Source: the human T2T-CHM13v2.0 reference genome, Homo sapiens
Strand: one strand, 5' to 3'
DNA: 64,000 bases
Assembly: GCF_009914755.1 (NCBI RefSeq)
Contig: NC_060929.1
In this document: one piece after another, positions 61,200-64,000 of the stretch
Position numbering within the stretch: the first letter of the stretch is position 1
How the letters are laid out: each line of letters opens with the position of its first letter
Translations under genes and position numbers: made by a program
Notes under the pieces: generated by a model
The model's input: only the letters and a program-made list of their open reading frames with translations
The model's database searches: none
Told to the model about the DNA's origin: nothing

Positions 61200-64000
61200 G
61201 AGGGTAGAGCCAAGATGGCCAAATAGGAAGAGCTCTGATCTACAGCTCCCAGCATGAGCGACGCAGAAGACCTGTGATTTCTGCATTTCCATCTGAGGTA
61301 CCGGGTTCATCTCACTAGGGAGTACCAGACAGTGGGTGCAGGACAGTGGGTGCAGTGCAGCATGTGCCAGCCAAAGCAGAGCGAGGCATTGCCTCACTCG
61401 GGAAGTGCAAGGGGACAGGGAGTTCCCTTTCCTAGTCAAAGAAAGGGTGACAGATGGCACCTGGAAAATCTGGTCACTCCCGGGCTAATACTGCGCTTTT
61501 CCGACGGGTGTAAAAAATGGCGCACCAGGAGATTATATCCCGAACATGGCTTGGAGGGTCCTACACCCACGGAGTCTCACTGACTGCTAGCACAGCAGGC
61601 TGAGATCAAACTGCAAGGCTGCAGTGAGGCTGGGGAAGGGGCGCCTGCCATTGCCTAGTTAGTTGTTTGATTAGGTAAACAAAGCAGCCCGGAAGCCTGA
61701 ACTGGGTGGAGCCCACCACAGCTCAAGGAGGCTTGCCTTCCTCTGTAGGCTCCACGTCTGGGAGCAGGGCACAGACAAACAAAAAGACAGCAGTAACCTC
61801 TGCAGACTTAAATGTCCCTGTCTGACAGCTTTGAAGAGAGTAGTGGTTCTCCTAGCACACAGCTGGAGATCTGAGAACAGGCAGACTGAATACTCAAGTG
61901 AGTCCCTGAACCCCGAGCAGCCTAACTGGGAGGCACCCTGCAGTAGGGACAGACTGACACCTCACATGTCTGGGTACTCCTCTGAGACAAAACGTACAGA
62001 GGAGCAATCAGGCAGCAGCATTTGCCGTTCACCAAGATCCGCTGTCCTACAGCCACGACTGTTCTGCAGCCACCACTGCTGATACCCAGTCAAAAAGTGT
62101 CTGGAGTGGACTTCCAGCAAACTCCAACTGACCTGCAGCTGAGGGTGCTGTCTGTAAGAAGGAAAACTAACAAACAGATAGGACATCCACACCAAAAACC
62201 CTTCTTTACATCACCGTCATCAAAGACAAAAGTAGATAAAACCACAAACATGGGGAAAAAACAGAGCAGAAAAACTGGAAACTCTAAAAAGCAGAGCACC
62301 TCTCCTCCTCCAAAGGAACGAAGCTCCTCACCAGCAATGGAACAAAGCTGGATGGAGAATGACTTGATAAGTTGAGAGAAGAAGGCTTCATACAATCAAA
62401 CTACTCTGAGCTACAGGAGGAAATTCAAACCAATGGCAAAAGAGTTAAAAACTGAAAAAAAATTAGACAAATGGATAACTAGAATAACCAATACAGAGAA
62501 GTCCTTAAAGGAGCTGATGGAGCTGAACGCCAAGGCTGGAGAACTACATGAAGAACGCAAAAGCCTCAGGAGCTGAAGCAAACAACTGGAAGAAAGGGTA
62601 TCAGTGATGGAAGATGAAATAAATGAAATGAAATGAGAAGGGAAGTTTAGAGAAAAAAAGAATAAAAAGAAAGGAACAAAGCCTCCAAGAAATATGGGAC
62701 TATGTGAAAAAATCAAATCTACATCTGATTGGTGTACTTGAAAGCGACGGGGAGAATGGAACCAAGATGAAAAACACTCTGCAGGATATTATCCAGGAGA
62801 ACTTCCCCAATCTAGCAAGGCAGGCCAACATTCAGATTCAGGAAATACAGAGAATGCCACAAAGATACTCCTAGAGAAGAGCAACTCCAAGACATATAAT
62901 TGTCAGATTCACCAAAGTTGAAATGAAGGAAAAAATGTAAAGGGCAGCCAGAGAGAAAGGTCGGGTTACCCACAAAGGGAAGCCCATCACACTAACAGCG
63001 GATCTCTCAGCAGAAACTCTACAAGCCAGAAGAGACTGGGGGCCAATATTCAACATTTTTAAAGAAAAGAATTTTCAACCCAGAATTTCATATCCAGCCA
63101 AACTAAGCTTCATAAGTGAAGGAGAAATAAAATACTTTACAGACAAGCAAATGCTGAGAGATTTTGTCACCACCAGGCCTGCCTAAAAGAGCTCCTGAAG
63201 GAAGCACTAAACATGGAAAGGACCAACCAGTATCAGCCACTGCAAAAACATGCCAAAATGTAAACACCACGGAGGCTAGGAAGAAACCACATCAAATAAC
63301 AAGAAAAATAACCAGTTAACATCATAATGACAGGACCAAATTCACACAAAACAATATTAACTTTAAATGTAAATGGGCTACATGCTCCAATTAAAAGACA
63401 CAGACTGGCAAATTGGATAAAGAGTCAAGAACCATCAGTGTGCTGTATCGAGGAAACCCATCTCACATACAGAGACACACATAGGTTCAAAATAAAGGGA
63501 TGCAGGAAGATCTACCAAGCAAATGGAAAACAAAAAAAGGCAGGGTTGCAATCCTAGTCTCTGATAAAACAGACTTTAAAACAACAAAGATCAAAAGGAA
63601 AAAGAAGGCCATTACATAATGGTAAAGGGATCAATTCAACAAGAAGAGCTAACTATCCTAAATATATATGCACCCAATACAGGAGCACCCAGATTCATAA
63701 AGCAAGTCCTGAGTGACATACAAAGAGACTTAAACTCCCACACAATAATAATGGGAGACTTTAACACCCCACTGTCAACATTAGACAAATCAAAGAGACA
63801 GAAAGTTAACAAGGATACCCAGGAATTGAACTCAGCTCTGCACCAAGCGGACCTAATAGACATCTACAGAACTTTCCACCCCAAATCAACAGAATATACA
63901 TATTTTTCAGCACCACACCACACCTATTCCAAAATTGACCACATACTTGGAAGTAAGGCTCTCCTCAGCAAATGTAAAGGAACAGAAATATGAAACAAAC
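61200..64000 (+). mobile_element. L1PA4-type LINE-1, 5'-intact, continues beyond the window
   Basis: gagccaagatggcc 5' end after a tttt/aaaa target; long (~1050-nt) 5'UTR; disrupted ORF1 62250-63263; ORF2 endonuclease from 63327, frameshifted. Confidence 0.95.

Overview
AT-rich primate (ape-like) genomic DNA dominated by transposable elements. I can support no host protein-coding exon, RNA gene or CRISPR array; nearly all long ORFs are decayed LINE-1 ORF1/ORF2 or Tigger1 transposase fragments, or their antisense shadows. Contents: a full-length L1PA2/3-type element (11328-17389) inside a MER5; a twin-primed L1 inside a solo LTR12C (23784-30131); a TSD-less composite of L1s (37748-42354); an old twin-primed L1PA15/16; a near-complete Tigger1 with a nested L1; the 5' part of an L1PA4-type element running off the right edge; plus Alus, MIR/L2, MaLR/ERV LTRs and ancient L1M. 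The most unusual signal is that two separate L1 insertions about 12 kb apart share many private substitutions, including the same catalytic-site change in reverse transcriptase (FADD to FAGD), and both are twin-primed. This hints at an RT-dead L1 source mobilised in trans; it is a hypothesis, not a demonstrated system. Subfamily names come from remembered consensus sequences and boundaries of old repeats are approximate.
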